A DNA stretch of 64,000 bases from Candidatus Hodarchaeota archaeon (lineage in GTDB: Archaea; Asgardarchaeota; Lokiarchaeia; Sigyniarchaeales; SOKP01): contig JBHLJY010000008.1 in assembly GCA_048887225.1 (NCBI GenBank), positions 1 to 64,000 on the forward strand. The letters run 5' to 3'. Under the pieces are notes generated by a model that worked only from the letters and a program-made list of their open reading frames with translations, was not told the DNA's origin and made no database searches. The translations under genes and the position numbers were made by a program. Positions 49,525-59,746 of the stretch are shown one piece after another. Each line of letters begins with the position of its first letter. Within the stretch, counting starts at the first letter, position 1.

Positions 49525-50334
49525 ATGCTCAATATATTTGTTTTAATAAAACAAGTTCCAAGCCTTCATAATCTCGAAATTGACCAAAGAACTGGAACAT
49601 TAATTCGTGAAGGTGTTAAAAATATTATTAATCCCGACGATTTATATAGTTTAGAGTTAGGTCTTAGTTTAAAAGAGCAATATGGAGGGGAAATCACTAT
49701 TATGACCATGGGACCTCCGCAAGCGGAATTTGCTTTAAGAGAATGCTTGGCAATGGGTGCTGATAAAGCTATTTTAATAACTGATGAGCAATTTTCTTAT
49801 TCAGATACTCTTCAAACGACTTTAGTTCTGAAAGAGGCATTTGATAAGATAAAGAATTACGATATAATTATTACTGGAAGCCAAACTTCCGATTCAAGCA
49901 CAGGACAAGTACCTTTTCAATTATCTGAAGCATTAGATATACCCTTAATTACAGATATTTTTACCATGGAGATAGAAAATAATCTTTTTAAATGTCATAG
50001 AAATTTTGGACATGAATCTCAAAATATATCCGTAGAACTACCAATCTTAATACGTGTTAGAAGACATTTTAACGATCCTCGACATATCTCCTTATCTGGA
50101 ATAAAAAAGGCATTTGAGAAGAAAATTGAAATTTACGACTTTAATACATTTAATTGTCCTGAATATCTCGATGGATGTAATAAATCCCCCACAGCAGTCG
50201 TTAGGACAGAAAGAATTGTTCTTAAAAGAAAGAATGAAATTATTGAAGGAAATATCAATGAAAAGATTCAAAAGTTAATAAAGATCATGCAAGAACATGG
50301 AATCGAAAGGATATGGACTGGGGAACAAGTATAA
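49525..50334 (+). CDS. etfB: electron transfer flavoprotein beta subunit
   Basis: IKQVP, INPDD, MGPPQA, AMGAD, DSSTGQV. Confidence 0.93.
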   Translation: MLNIFVLIKQVPSLHNLEIDQRTGTLIREGVKNIINPDDLYSLELGLSLKEQYGGEITIMTMGPPQAEFALRECLAMGADKAILITDEQFSYSDTLQTTLVLKEAFDKIKNYDIIITGSQTSDSSTGQVPFQLSEALDIPLITDIFTMEIENNLFKCHRNFGHESQNISVELPILIRVRRHFNDPRHISLSGIKKAFEKKIEIYDFNTFNCPEYLDGCNKSPTAVVRTERIVLKRKNEIIEGNINEKIQKLIKIMQEHGIERIWTGEQV

Positions 50335-50352
50335 TAAGGAGATTGAGAGAAA

Positions 50353-51360
50353 ATGAGTAATTTAAGTGAATATAAAGATGTGTGGGTTTTTACAGAAATA
50401 AAAGATCATGTTGAGGTCCATGAATGTTCATTGCAGATTTTAGGAAAAGCAAGAGAAATTGCTGATAAATTAGAACAAAAGCTTGTAGCCATTGTAGTAG
50501 CTTTAGATGCAGAACAATATCTCCCAGTTATTGAGGAAAATGGTGTTGATAAAATTATATATTTAAGTCATCAAGATTTAAAGCATTATCACGAGCGCAT
50601 TTTCACAGATTTAGTATATGACATTGTTGAAAAACATAAACCTTCTATATTTTTATTTCCCTCTACGGAAGCAGGAAACGCTTTAGCAGCACGATTAGCT
50701 TATCGATTACGTACTGGATTAGTAAGTTCAGTCTTAGATTTAGAATTAAGTGATGAATTTGGAAATAATTTATTAATAGGAGATAAGCCAGCCTATTTAG
50801 GAAATGTTGTTGCACAAATAATTTGTCCCAATACGAGACCACAGATGTGTACAGTTACTTTAGGTACATTTCAAAAGAAGCAATTAAAGAAAGATAATGT
50901 TGAAATTGAGAAAGTTGAATATGAATATGATAAAAACAATATAAAAATTAAAATCATTGGTGCTCCAACTCGAAAGGACAAACCTACAGCTACTCTATCT
51001 GATGCTAAATTTGTAATCGGAGGTGGCCATGGATTAGTATCAAAGGATAATTTCGATAAATTAAATGAACTTGCTAATTTGACAAATGGACAGGTGGGAG
51101 GTACTCGGAGGCCAATTCTTGATGGGTGGATGCCGGAGCATTTACAGATTGGAATAAGTGGAGAGACGATATTTTCAGATTTATATTTAGCATTTGGAAT
51201 ATCTGGAGCAATCCAACATATTGTAGGCATAACTGACTCAAAAACAATTATAGCAATTAATAAAGATCCAAATGCCCCAATTTTTAAAGTTGCTGATTAT
51301 TGCGTTATTGGAGATACTAACGAGATTTTGGAAGGTTTGCTGAACTATTTTAGAATTTAA
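50353..51360 (+). CDS. etfA: electron transfer flavoprotein alpha subunit
   Basis: RPQMCTV, QIGISG, GISGAIQH, AINKDPNAPIF. Confidence 0.93.
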   Translation: MSNLSEYKDVWVFTEIKDHVEVHECSLQILGKAREIADKLEQKLVAIVVALDAEQYLPVIEENGVDKIIYLSHQDLKHYHERIFTDLVYDIVEKHKPSIFLFPSTEAGNALAARLAYRLRTGLVSSVLDLELSDEFGNNLLIGDKPAYLGNVVAQIICPNTRPQMCTVTLGTFQKKQLKKDNVEIEKVEYEYDKNNIKIKIIGAPTRKDKPTATLSDAKFVIGGGHGLVSKDNFDKLNELANLTNGQVGGTRRPILDGWMPEHLQIGISGETIFSDLYLAFGISGAIQHIVGITDSKTIIAINKDPNAPIFKVADYCVIGDTNEILEGLLNYFRI

Positions 51361-51446
51361 AAAAAGAGATTAATCCTCATTTTCAGGAATATTTCCTTTA
51401 ATTTTAGCGTTAAATAGAGTAGCTCTGTATACAAAAAGAGGGTAAA

Positions 51447-53123
51447 TTAAAATATAATACTTAAACCTGACGTGAGAGGACTTAATGTACATATAATTAA
51501 GATAAAAAACACGGTGTTCACTATGGCGCCAGATAATATATTTCTAGTTTTCTGATATAAAAGAGCCGAAATAAAAACAGATAATAAAAACATTGGCACT
51601 GCGAAATATAAAAACATTATATAAAAGAAATTCCCTAACAAAACACAGATAATTAAAATATAAGAAATAAAATATACCATTACAATAACATAGTGTAATA
51701 ATGCCGCCTTAAATAGATTTCTAAGCCCTTTCTCAAATTTTACTTGGATGATAGCTTGAAAGAGTATACTGAATATTATGAACATAAAAAAGCCGATGGC
51801 AAAATATATTGGGATCCATAGAAATTTGTTTAGTGAGGGAATAATTCCTAAATAATTTAATCCAATTGAGAGATATAGTATTGTGTATAATATCGATGCA
51901 ATAATCGCTCCTAATGCAATTTGTCTAAATAAATCCTCTCGCTTAACTCTAAATGGTTTTATAAGAATTTCTTTAATTGATAATTTGTTTTTTTTCCCAA
52001 TTCTCCATAATAAAATGAATATGCCAAATGCTTGTCCAAATAAAATTGCAATCGATAATCCTGCGGTGGATAATGGCAAAAACAGAAAAATCGTTAATAA
52101 TATAATAAACATTCCCGGAATTGCTAAAGCTATTGAATAGATAATTGTTTTTAGCGATAATGTCGTTATTGTTTCATCTTCCGTTTTTATTTCAAAAAGA
52201 TCCTCTTCTTTCAACTTAGCAATTAAATTTGAGAGTGGTTTTATGATTAGAAAGAAAAATCCAACACCACCAATGAGTTGCATAATTAAAAATAGAGCCC
52301 TTAAATTTGCATAAAAATCTTCTTCTATAGGATCTATATCAGGAAATGTGTTAATAACCCAATCTCTTGCTTCTCGTAAAAAATCTTGATCATATGCTGT
52401 CGCAAAATGGTCTGAATTGTCATCATAAAACAACTTTGTAGCATTCCCATCTTCGAAACTTCCATATAATTTGTTTACATTGACATCTTCCTCGTCTATA
52501 TTTAGTCTTTCTGCAATTTCTTCTTTCCTACCTTTAAGATTGAACGCTTGATCATATTTCGCTAAAATCATAAGAATATTTAAATATCTATTTTTACAAT
52601 CTTCATAATCTAAGCCTAAACTCGTTCCGATTCCAATAAAACATTTGAAATCATAATCATCTTTAATAATATCATTTCCAGCTAAACCACCCATAGAATA
52701 ACCAATATAACCATAATTGTCATTATCTATATCTCCTCTATCATTTAAAAATTTTTTTACTGCTTTTATATCATTTTTTAATTTGTTTCTTTCTAATTCC
52801 CCAGTACTTAATCCATGACCTCTAAAATCACATGATACTACAAAAAATCCCGAAGAGGCCAATTCAATAGCGTAACTTTTTAACATCTCTTTATTTACCA
52901 TTATCCCATGTCCAATTATTATGGCTTTCATCTTCTTATCACCATTAATTGGTTGATATGTGTTAAACGAAATTTGTACGTTATCTTTTGTCTCTACCAT
53001 TAGATTATATCTAATTTTAATATTTGAAGGTGTAATAAAAATAAGAATGGTTCCAGAAACGAAAATCAAGAAAAAAATAGAGATTAGAATTATTCTTTTT
53101 ATATCTAATTCCTTTAGATTCAT
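51447..53123 (-). CDS. alpha/beta hydrolase with C-terminal multi-pass membrane domain
   Basis: GHG, DFRGHG.S, GYSMGG nucleophile elbow, D and H candidates; ~8 TM C-terminal half. Confidence 0.85.
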   Translation of the reverse strand: MNLKELDIKRIILISIFFLIFVSGTILIFITPSNIKIRYNLMVETKDNVQISFNTYQPINGDKKMKAIIIGHGIMVNKEMLKSYAIELASSGFFVVSCDFRGHGLSTGELERNKLKNDIKAVKKFLNDRGDIDNDNYGYIGYSMGGLAGNDIIKDDYDFKCFIGIGTSLGLDYEDCKNRYLNILMILAKYDQAFNLKGRKEEIAERLNIDEEDVNVNKLYGSFEDGNATKLFYDDNSDHFATAYDQDFLREARDWVINTFPDIDPIEEDFYANLRALFLIMQLIGGVGFFFLIIKPLSNLIAKLKEEDLFEIKTEDETITTLSLKTIIYSIALAIPGMFIILLTIFLFLPLSTAGLSIAILFGQAFGIFILLWRIGKKNKLSIKEILIKPFRVKREDLFRQIALGAIIASILYTILYLSIGLNYLGIIPSLNKFLWIPIYFAIGFFMFIIFSILFQAIIQVKFEKGLRNLFKAALLHYVIVMVYFISYILIICVLLGNFFYIMFLYFAVPMFLLSVFISALLYQKTRNILSGAIVNTVFFILIICTLSPLTSGLSIIF

Positions 53124-53257
53124 AAAGAATTTCTCTTAGAATTAAAGTTAAGAAGTAATAATAAGTATTTAAGCATTTGATTTAAAAATTAACAATTTTT
53201 TATAAGCAAGTTAGTTTGTAAAAAAAGAAATTGAATATTAGGATAAAATAAAATTGA

Positions 53258-55057
53258 TTATTTTTTTCTTTTTAATTCCGCAATTGTTTTTTCAGCTAAT
53301 TTTTTTGCACTCTCGTATTGATTTCTCCATTTATTTACTTCTTGGTGCAAACTTGATATGTCATTTTTTAACATTGCTATTTCCTCATCACTAGCACCAC
53401 TAGTCTGTGGGATTTCTGAATCTGCTTTTTGTTTAAGATAATTATATTTTTCTTTCCATACTTGAATTTGTGTTTTTAATTCTTTTATAGATTCGCTATT
53501 ATCATCGCTAACTGATATCCCCTCATCCTTACTTATTGCAGCTTGTTCTAGTTTTAATGCTGCTAGTTCTTTTTCGAGGTCTTTAATTTTATCTTTTAAT
53601 TTAGTATTTTCTTCTAAAAAATCGACAGTGGTTTTAGGTTTCATCATTTCTTGATACATTGATTTACTTGATTCCAGTACCTCTTCTGACTTATTCCCTA
53701 GAATTTTATCTTTTCGCTTTTGTAATTCACTAACAGTTTGTTCTGAAAGAAAATCAAGGGGATTAAATCCCACGCCTCCATGTTTTGTTCTTCGCTTTCT
53801 TACTTTAATAAATAGAGGGATTCCTTTAACAGCTTCGCCACAAATGATCCCTTGTCCTTTATCTAAACCAGATATATCGCTGGAATTTTCTCTACTTAGA
53901 TCCTCCGCACTCTGAATCGTAATTCCAATATCTCTTATATCTGAAAGATTATGTACTACCCATGTACCACTTTGAGCTCTAATTGTGACATCTAAGAGTT
54001 GTGGTCTTTGGGTTCCAATTACAATATTAGCACCGAATTTTCGCCCTTCCTGTGCAAATAATTTTACGATTTCACATGTCTCAGTTTGTTTCTTACCAGC
54101 AAAAAGGTGCGCTTCATCTAAGAATAGATAAAAAGGAGGAATTTCTCTATTTGTGCTTGCTTGATATAATTTTTTGAGAAGTTTGCTTGCTATCACTTCC
54201 TGAACTTCAAGGTTTAAACCTCTCATATTAATAATTGAGCATAAATTTGGAGCAACAATATCCGTTGACTCTAATGAAAACAAATATTCAATGTCAACGT
54301 CAGCACTTTTATTCATTTTCATATCGGCATATTCAATTATTTTCTCAACAAATTCACTCGCATCAGGATCTTTAGTCTTGGGCATTTCGGAAATTTCGCT
54401 TTCTAAACTTTTTCCACATTGTTTACAATTTTTAGAATCTTTAGGAATTTCTTCTCCACACCAAGGGCAAAATCCCGATTTAACTTCAAAAGAAGCGGGT
54501 ACTTCTTTTTCTAACTCTTCGCTGGCTACTTTTAAGCTCCCATATTCTCCGTGCCTATCTAAAATTACAACAGGTATACCTTTTTTCATAAATTCCTCGC
54601 ATAATACTCCCATTGTATAACTTTTTCCTGAACCAGATTTTCCAGTTATAAAAATTCTTCCAAAATTCTTTACTAAAAGGTTTACATCAAAAGGATAACC
54701 TATTAACTTTCCTAACGAAACTGATTTTTCAGGAGGATTATATATTCCTAAAACTTTACTAATTTGCTCTTCAGTTGCAAGGAAAGCTTCTGTACCCATC
54801 TCAAAAGGCTTGCTTGGTCTATCACCTAAGACTTGTAATTTTGCCATCATCCCTTTTGGTTCGCTCCACATCTCGGTAATATTCAGGATGTAAGATGGTC
54901 TCGTTCCTTCCTCTATTTCTTTGCCGTATATAACAAAATAGCTGTTTCTCTCAACCTTAGGGTCAGAAAATAGTATTTGGACTGAATGCGTTGTAGTTTT
55001 TCCAGTTAACCTTCCTACTGCACCTGGATTCAATTCTAATTCTTCTTGATCTGACAT
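53258..55057 (-). CDS. HerA/FtsK-like (DUF87) ATPase with zinc-ribbon insert and coiled-coil tail
   Basis: GKSGSGKS, LDRHGEY, FLDEAH, EGRKFG, TQRP; CPWC..CKQC. Confidence 0.9.
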   Translation of the reverse strand: MSDQEELELNPGAVGRLTGKTTTHSVQILFSDPKVERNSYFVIYGKEIEEGTRPSYILNITEMWSEPKGMMAKLQVLGDRPSKPFEMGTEAFLATEEQISKVLGIYNPPEKSVSLGKLIGYPFDVNLLVKNFGRIFITGKSGSGKSYTMGVLCEEFMKKGIPVVILDRHGEYGSLKVASEELEKEVPASFEVKSGFCPWCGEEIPKDSKNCKQCGKSLESEISEMPKTKDPDASEFVEKIIEYADMKMNKSADVDIEYLFSLESTDIVAPNLCSIINMRGLNLEVQEVIASKLLKKLYQASTNREIPPFYLFLDEAHLFAGKKQTETCEIVKLFAQEGRKFGANIVIGTQRPQLLDVTIRAQSGTWVVHNLSDIRDIGITIQSAEDLSRENSSDISGLDKGQGIICGEAVKGIPLFIKVRKRRTKHGGVGFNPLDFLSEQTVSELQKRKDKILGNKSEEVLESSKSMYQEMMKPKTTVDFLEENTKLKDKIKDLEKELAALKLEQAAISKDEGISVSDDNSESIKELKTQIQVWKEKYNYLKQKADSEIPQTSGASDEEIAMLKNDISSLHQEVNKWRNQYESAKKLAEKTIAELKRKK

Positions 55058-55155
55058 TAGAAAATCACATTTAAAATAATTTTCAATTTTTTTTCTTTAA
55101 CACCATTAGGCTATAATAGACAATTTAAAATATTTAAATCTTTAAGAATCCAATT

Positions 55156-56067
55156 TTAAGTCTTCTGATAAACTATACTTTTTTTTACCATATGATGAGG
55201 TTTATACGATTCTTTTGCCTTTCTTAAACCGGAAATTCCTAAATCTTGTTCTCTATTTACATATATAGCATCTTTGCAACAATTTTTCAAAAATAAATTA
55301 TTGATAGCTTGGTAAGAACCTTCGTAATTAATATGAGCTTTTTCTATGTGAATTACCATAGTGTTTGTATTCAACATCTCTCCTAATGTATATCCAACGC
55401 ATTTGTCTTCCACGCATAATATTCCTCCTCTCAGATTTAAGTCAGAATAATTATTTAAAGCAGCGTTTATTGCCTTCTGTTCTTCCATTAAATCTTCATT
55501 GCTTTGACACTCGTTCATATCACACCATTCCAACTGTAGCGATCGAGTTTTTTCTATATAATCTTCACTTATTATATGAAACTCGTAGTTATACTCGGAC
55601 ATAAATTTATTTAACCATCTTCTTTTTTGGCGATACGTATTTCCTTGAAGTGAGATAAGCGCTTCTTTTTCGTAGATATAATCCCAATTATTTCTATCTT
55701 CTATGATATTTAGAGAATTAATATTCCTAATTTTATTAATTATACAATCTGGAACTCTGTGAATTTCAATATTATTCATTTCTTCAAATAAATCAACCAT
55801 AATCTTTTCTGGATTTTGACCAATTGGAGGTAAAAAGAAAAATACATCTTGTTTATTTGAAAAGGGTTTTTTCCATTTTTTAAGATAGTTTTCCGAAAAT
55901 ATTAATAAGTGTTCATTATATTCCATGAATAAAAAATTATAATAATTTCTCCATATGAACAAATTGGTAAAAGTCAGTTCAGAAATCTCAGGTGGAAATT
56001 TCTGAAAATAATTGTTAAATAAAGGGTGGTCACTTATCTCTAAAGGCTTAGCATTGGTAGGATCCAT
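55156..56067 (-). CDS. DUF2156 / aminoacyl-phosphatidylglycerol transferase-like domain protein
   Basis: SELTFTNLFIW, DYIY..L..L.G, HIEKA, VNREQDLG..GLRKAKESY.P. Confidence 0.88.
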   Translation of the reverse strand: MDPTNAKPLEISDHPLFNNYFQKFPPEISELTFTNLFIWRNYYNFLFMEYNEHLLIFSENYLKKWKKPFSNKQDVFFFLPPIGQNPEKIMVDLFEEMNNIEIHRVPDCIINKIRNINSLNIIEDRNNWDYIYEKEALISLQGNTYRQKRRWLNKFMSEYNYEFHIISEDYIEKTRSLQLEWCDMNECQSNEDLMEEQKAINAALNNYSDLNLRGGILCVEDKCVGYTLGEMLNTNTMVIHIEKAHINYEGSYQAINNLFLKNCCKDAIYVNREQDLGISGLRKAKESYKPHHMVKKSIVYQKT

Positions 56068-56125
56068 TATGAAATTGAATAGTAAAGAGATTTATAAATT
56101 TAATAATTAATCTTTTCAATAAATT

Positions 56126-56391
56126 TTATTTAATATAATCATTTAAAAGATTACCCACTTCTCTATATTTTTTTAGAGCTTCAATAAATTATCGCCGTTG
56201 AGAACAGGAATACCCTCTTTATCTAATTCATTTATTGCAATCTTAAATTCTTTAAATTTATATAGCTCTAGAAGTTTATAGTGATAATTCAATGTTTCAG
56301 TATCCATCCGACCTACACTCTATTTAATCAAATCTCCTTGTTTCGAGCTTCTTGCTTCAGCGGGCAAAGTATGCGTTGGTTCCTTTATATA
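56126..56391 (-). pseudogene. decayed 3' fragment of a third paralog of the 30176/32291 family
   Basis: YIKEPTHTLPAEARSSKQGDLIK*SVGRMDTETLNYHYKLLELYKF...; TAG at 56320-56322 replaces conserved Trp; frameshift before IEALKKYRE; no start. Confidence 0.85.
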
Positions 56392-56433
56392 AATTAAAAA
56401 AAATAAAAAAATAGTAGGGTTTTAATTAAAGAT

Positions 56434-57435
56434 CTATAACCTTTTAACAATTAATTCAGCCATTCGGTTTGAAAATCCCCATTCGTTATCGTACCATGAC
56501 ATTACTGAGATTTGGTTCCCAATTACTTTTGTCCACAAACCATTAAATACTGAACTATGTGGATTTCCAATAATATCTGAACTAACAATTGGATCGTCAG
56601 AATATTCTAAAATACCTTTTAATTGACCCTCTGATGCATCTTTCATCTTCTCATTTATTTCGGCAGCTGTTGTAGATCTATCTACATTGGCTTTTAAATC
56701 AACGACGCTACCGTTTACTGTAGGAACTCTAACCGCAATCCCGTCTAATTTTCCTTGTAATTCTGGAAATACTAAACCAATTGCCTTTGCGGCACCCGTT
56801 GATGTGGGAATCATATTCATTGCAGCGGCTCTTCCACGAATCATTTTATCTGGACTTCCTGCTCTCGCGATGTCTACATTTGATTGATCATTTGTATAAG
56901 AGTGAATTGTTGTCATAATTCCGTTAACAATTGTAAAATTTTCATGTAAGATTTTTACCACAGGAGCTAAGCAATTGGTTGTACACGAAGCATTTGAAAT
57001 AATTATATGTTCGGAGGTTATTTTATCATCATTGCAACCCATTACAACTGTCATATCCGGATTAGTTGCTGGGGCACTAATCAGAACTCTTTTTGCTCCT
57101 GCTGTTAAATGCTTAGAAGCACCATCTCTATCAACAAAACGTCCTGTAGATTCAACAGCTACATCAATGTTATTCACTGCATGTGGTAAATTCTCAGGAT
57201 CTCTTTCAGCTGTTATGGGTATTTCTTTTCCATCTATTATGAGAGTTTTATCGGAAGAGCTTACTGAACTCTTAAATCTACCAAATACCGTATCATATTT
57301 AAGAGCATAAGCAAGGTATTTTGGCTCAAAAAGATCATTTATTGAGACTATGTTAATATCTGGATTTCCCCAAGCAGCTCTGAAAAATAGCCTTCCGATT
57401 CTCCCGAAGCCATTTATGCTAACACGTTTAACCAT
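56434..57435 (-). CDS. gap: type I (bacterial/eukaryotic-type) glyceraldehyde-3-phosphate dehydrogenase
   Basis: INGFGRIGR, SNASCTTNCLAP, RVPT, WYDNEWG. Confidence 0.96.
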   Translation of the reverse strand: MVKRVSINGFGRIGRLFFRAAWGNPDINIVSINDLFEPKYLAYALKYDTVFGRFKSSVSSSDKTLIIDGKEIPITAERDPENLPHAVNNIDVAVESTGRFVDRDGASKHLTAGAKRVLISAPATNPDMTVVMGCNDDKITSEHIIISNASCTTNCLAPVVKILHENFTIVNGIMTTIHSYTNDQSNVDIARAGSPDKMIRGRAAAMNMIPTSTGAAKAIGLVFPELQGKLDGIAVRVPTVNGSVVDLKANVDRSTTAAEINEKMKDASEGQLKGILEYSDDPIVSSDIIGNPHSSVFNGLWTKVIGNQISVMSWYDNEWGFSNRMAELIVKRL

Positions 57436-57637
57436 TTTTTATCACATCTTTTTGTTTAAATTGGTTCTATATATTAAAAATGATGATTTTAATATGTGTT
57501 CGTTTGTTTATTAACTTTTTAGTTTTAAGCTGATCGTATGTATACTAAGTTATTTAGATAAAAAATAATAGAACCTAAAATATAAACCTTATAGAAGTTT
57601 ATACAAAAAAATTATACGAAAAAGGAATTTGATTTTT

Positions 57638-58402
57638 TTATTCTTCTTCTACCTCTTCTTTTCCCAACAAACGGAGAACGGAATCTGCGAGTTTATTTTG
57701 ACTGCGACTTAGAATTCCCTTAATTTTCCCTTCTTTACCAAGCACTCTTAACATGATTCCATTCCAGACAGAAGAAGGTTCTCCCTTTACTTTTTTAAAT
57801 CTGTCTCTGAAAATTTTAACGCTAATATTCTCATAGTTTTCCTGAGCGTCTGAACATTTAAAGCATAAAATGCATTTGTTCTCGTCAACTTCTAAATTGC
57901 TATTTTTTCTTGATAAAGCGCCCACAGAACATTCATCTGCGAATTGGTCAATAACTTTAGTATCTTTTTCATTACAAGTTATTGTTATGCTCCCTTCTAC
58001 GGCCTTCCGGACTTTTTGGCCAGTATCTAATTCTCGAACCTCCTCCTCAAATTCTGGTAATGAGCCATTTTCTACTAGTAATAATTTCTTTTCGCCGTTA
58101 ATTAATAGCTCAAGAGTATATCCAGGGCAAATCCAAGTGCAACTCCCACACCAAATACATTTTTCTGTGTCAACTACGATTTTCAAATCTGATTCGATTC
58201 CCATTTGTTCAGGTGTACCAATTGCGGTTTTCTTCAATGGCTCATCATAAATAGAAACAGTTACAGGACATACACGATGACAAAAACCACACTCAATACA
58301 CTTGCTCTCATCATAACGTAACACCATGTTATGCGAGAGCATTTTGTACTCATAATCTGTAATATTTTCTTCTCTAGTAGCTTTTTTAGAAGGTAAAACC
58401 AT
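57638..58402 (-). CDS. multi-[4Fe-4S] ferredoxin-like protein
   Basis: CIECGFCHRVCP, CIWCGSCTWICP, CILCFKC. Confidence 0.88.
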   Translation of the reverse strand: MVLPSKKATREENITDYEYKMLSHNMVLRYDESKCIECGFCHRVCPVTVSIYDEPLKKTAIGTPEQMGIESDLKIVVDTEKCIWCGSCTWICPGYTLELLINGEKKLLLVENGSLPEFEEEVRELDTGQKVRKAVEGSITITCNEKDTKVIDQFADECSVGALSRKNSNLEVDENKCILCFKCSDAQENYENISVKIFRDRFKKVKGEPSSVWNGIMLRVLGKEGKIKGILSRSQNKLADSVLRLLGKEEVEEE

Positions 58403-58464
58403 ATTTCTTCACAATATTAATTTTTTTATTTCATGTAATTTTTTTATACTTTAGAAATTGATAA

Positions 58465-59604
58465 TTAAACTCTTTCCAACTCCATTTCTTGAATCGCTTT
58501 TCCAGACCTGAAAGGAATATCATCAACAGATTCCCCTGGACAATATCCGAACTTTTCGTTAAAAGCTTCGTTTAAAGACATGAAGTATAAACTTAAAGGC
58601 AGATTCTGAGGGCAGTTATTATAACAGTTACCACATTCAACACAGCGATCCGCAACATGTGCTATTCTTGTCAATTGATAAGTTTCTTTGTTTATAGTTT
58701 TTTCTTTTCTTTTTTTCGTGAGAATGCAATCTACACAATAACAAACTGGGCATCCACGGATACACATACCACACATCGTACAATTCAGAAGTCTCTCAAT
58801 TTTTTCTTCTTGAGGAACTTTTGCCCATTCTTCAAGGTCCTTCTTTCTTTTCTCTTTTGCCTTTTCAAGAATTTCATTCATTTTTGCTGTGTGAGTGTCT
58901 TTTATATCATCAGGTAATAGCTTTTTATCAATCTTAGATTTTTCTAGGAGATCATTTCCCTTGTCAGAATAGACTTTTAATATAATCTCATCAGAATCAA
59001 TGGGTATTCCAATATCACTTACGCTCAAATCTGCAATAACAGGTATTTTTCTTGTGCATCTTAAGCAATTATCAGAGGGTTGAATATTTAGTTCTTTGGT
59101 CTTTCCATCAGCAAATTTAAAAATTAGTCCGTTATCGCCAATTTTTTCTTTTATTATTTTACTGGGATCGATCTCCTTCATGTTCTTTATTTCTCGACCA
59201 ACATTAATAGCCATTCCCCTATCCTCAATTCCAATAATAAAAAGATTGTCTAGCTCAACTTGTTTTATTTTTGCCAATTCAATTAAAGCTCGTGTATCGC
59301 AGGGACGAGCAATAAGACCTATTTTTGCGTTTTTAGCACCTTCTACCGATTTATGTAAATATTTCGCAGCAGAGTCAGTTCGAGCATAGCCGTATGCAAT
59401 AAAATTATATAGAGGGAAGCTATTAGCATCTCCTAATTTATCAATTAATTTAGGTGTAATCGTAAATCTATCAACAGCATTCGTTTTTTTATCTACTCTT
59501 TCTTGTGCACTGATAATTTTATCTACGATTTTTTCCTGCAATAATGAGCCTAATAACTTAGGAAAATCTTCACTTTTTATAAGATATTCTGCTATTGGGT
59601 CCAA
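58465..59604 (-). CDS. F420-binding FrhB/FdhB-family subunit with C-terminal 2[4Fe-4S]
   Basis: ARPCDTRA..EL.K..Q, NCLRC..ADLS, CTMCGMCIRGCPVCYC, CVECGNCYNNCP. Confidence 0.88.
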   Translation of the reverse strand: MDPIAEYLIKSEDFPKLLGSLLQEKIVDKIISAQERVDKKTNAVDRFTITPKLIDKLGDANSFPLYNFIAYGYARTDSAAKYLHKSVEGAKNAKIGLIARPCDTRALIELAKIKQVELDNLFIIGIEDRGMAINVGREIKNMKEIDPSKIIKEKIGDNGLIFKFADGKTKELNIQPSDNCLRCTRKIPVIADLSVSDIGIPIDSDEIILKVYSDKGNDLLEKSKIDKKLLPDDIKDTHTAKMNEILEKAKEKRKKDLEEWAKVPQEEKIERLLNCTMCGMCIRGCPVCYCVDCILTKKRKEKTINKETYQLTRIAHVADRCVECGNCYNNCPQNLPLSLYFMSLNEAFNEKFGYCPGESVDDIPFRSGKAIQEMELERV

Positions 59605-59672
59605 ACGTTTCCAACTCTTAATAATAAATTTTTATCTTAATTTCTAACTAATAATATTTAATTAATTTTTTT

Positions 59673-59746
59673 TATGCGTTAATGGAGCTTCCATTTCTTC
59701 TACTAAGTTCTCATTTTTTTAACTTAGTTTCATTAGCTAACACATA
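59673..59746 (-). promoter_or_regulatory. eukaryote-like SECIS element
   Basis: Minus strand: helix I UAUGUGUUA/UAACGCAUA; AUGA; helix II ACUAAGUU/AACUUAGU; A-rich apical loop; 3' GA; begins right after the mvhD stop. Confidence 0.88.

Noticed and set aside
56320-56322. In-frame TAG as pyrrolysine
   Set aside because: It is a single TGG-to-TAG change in a fragment that also has a frameshift and no start.
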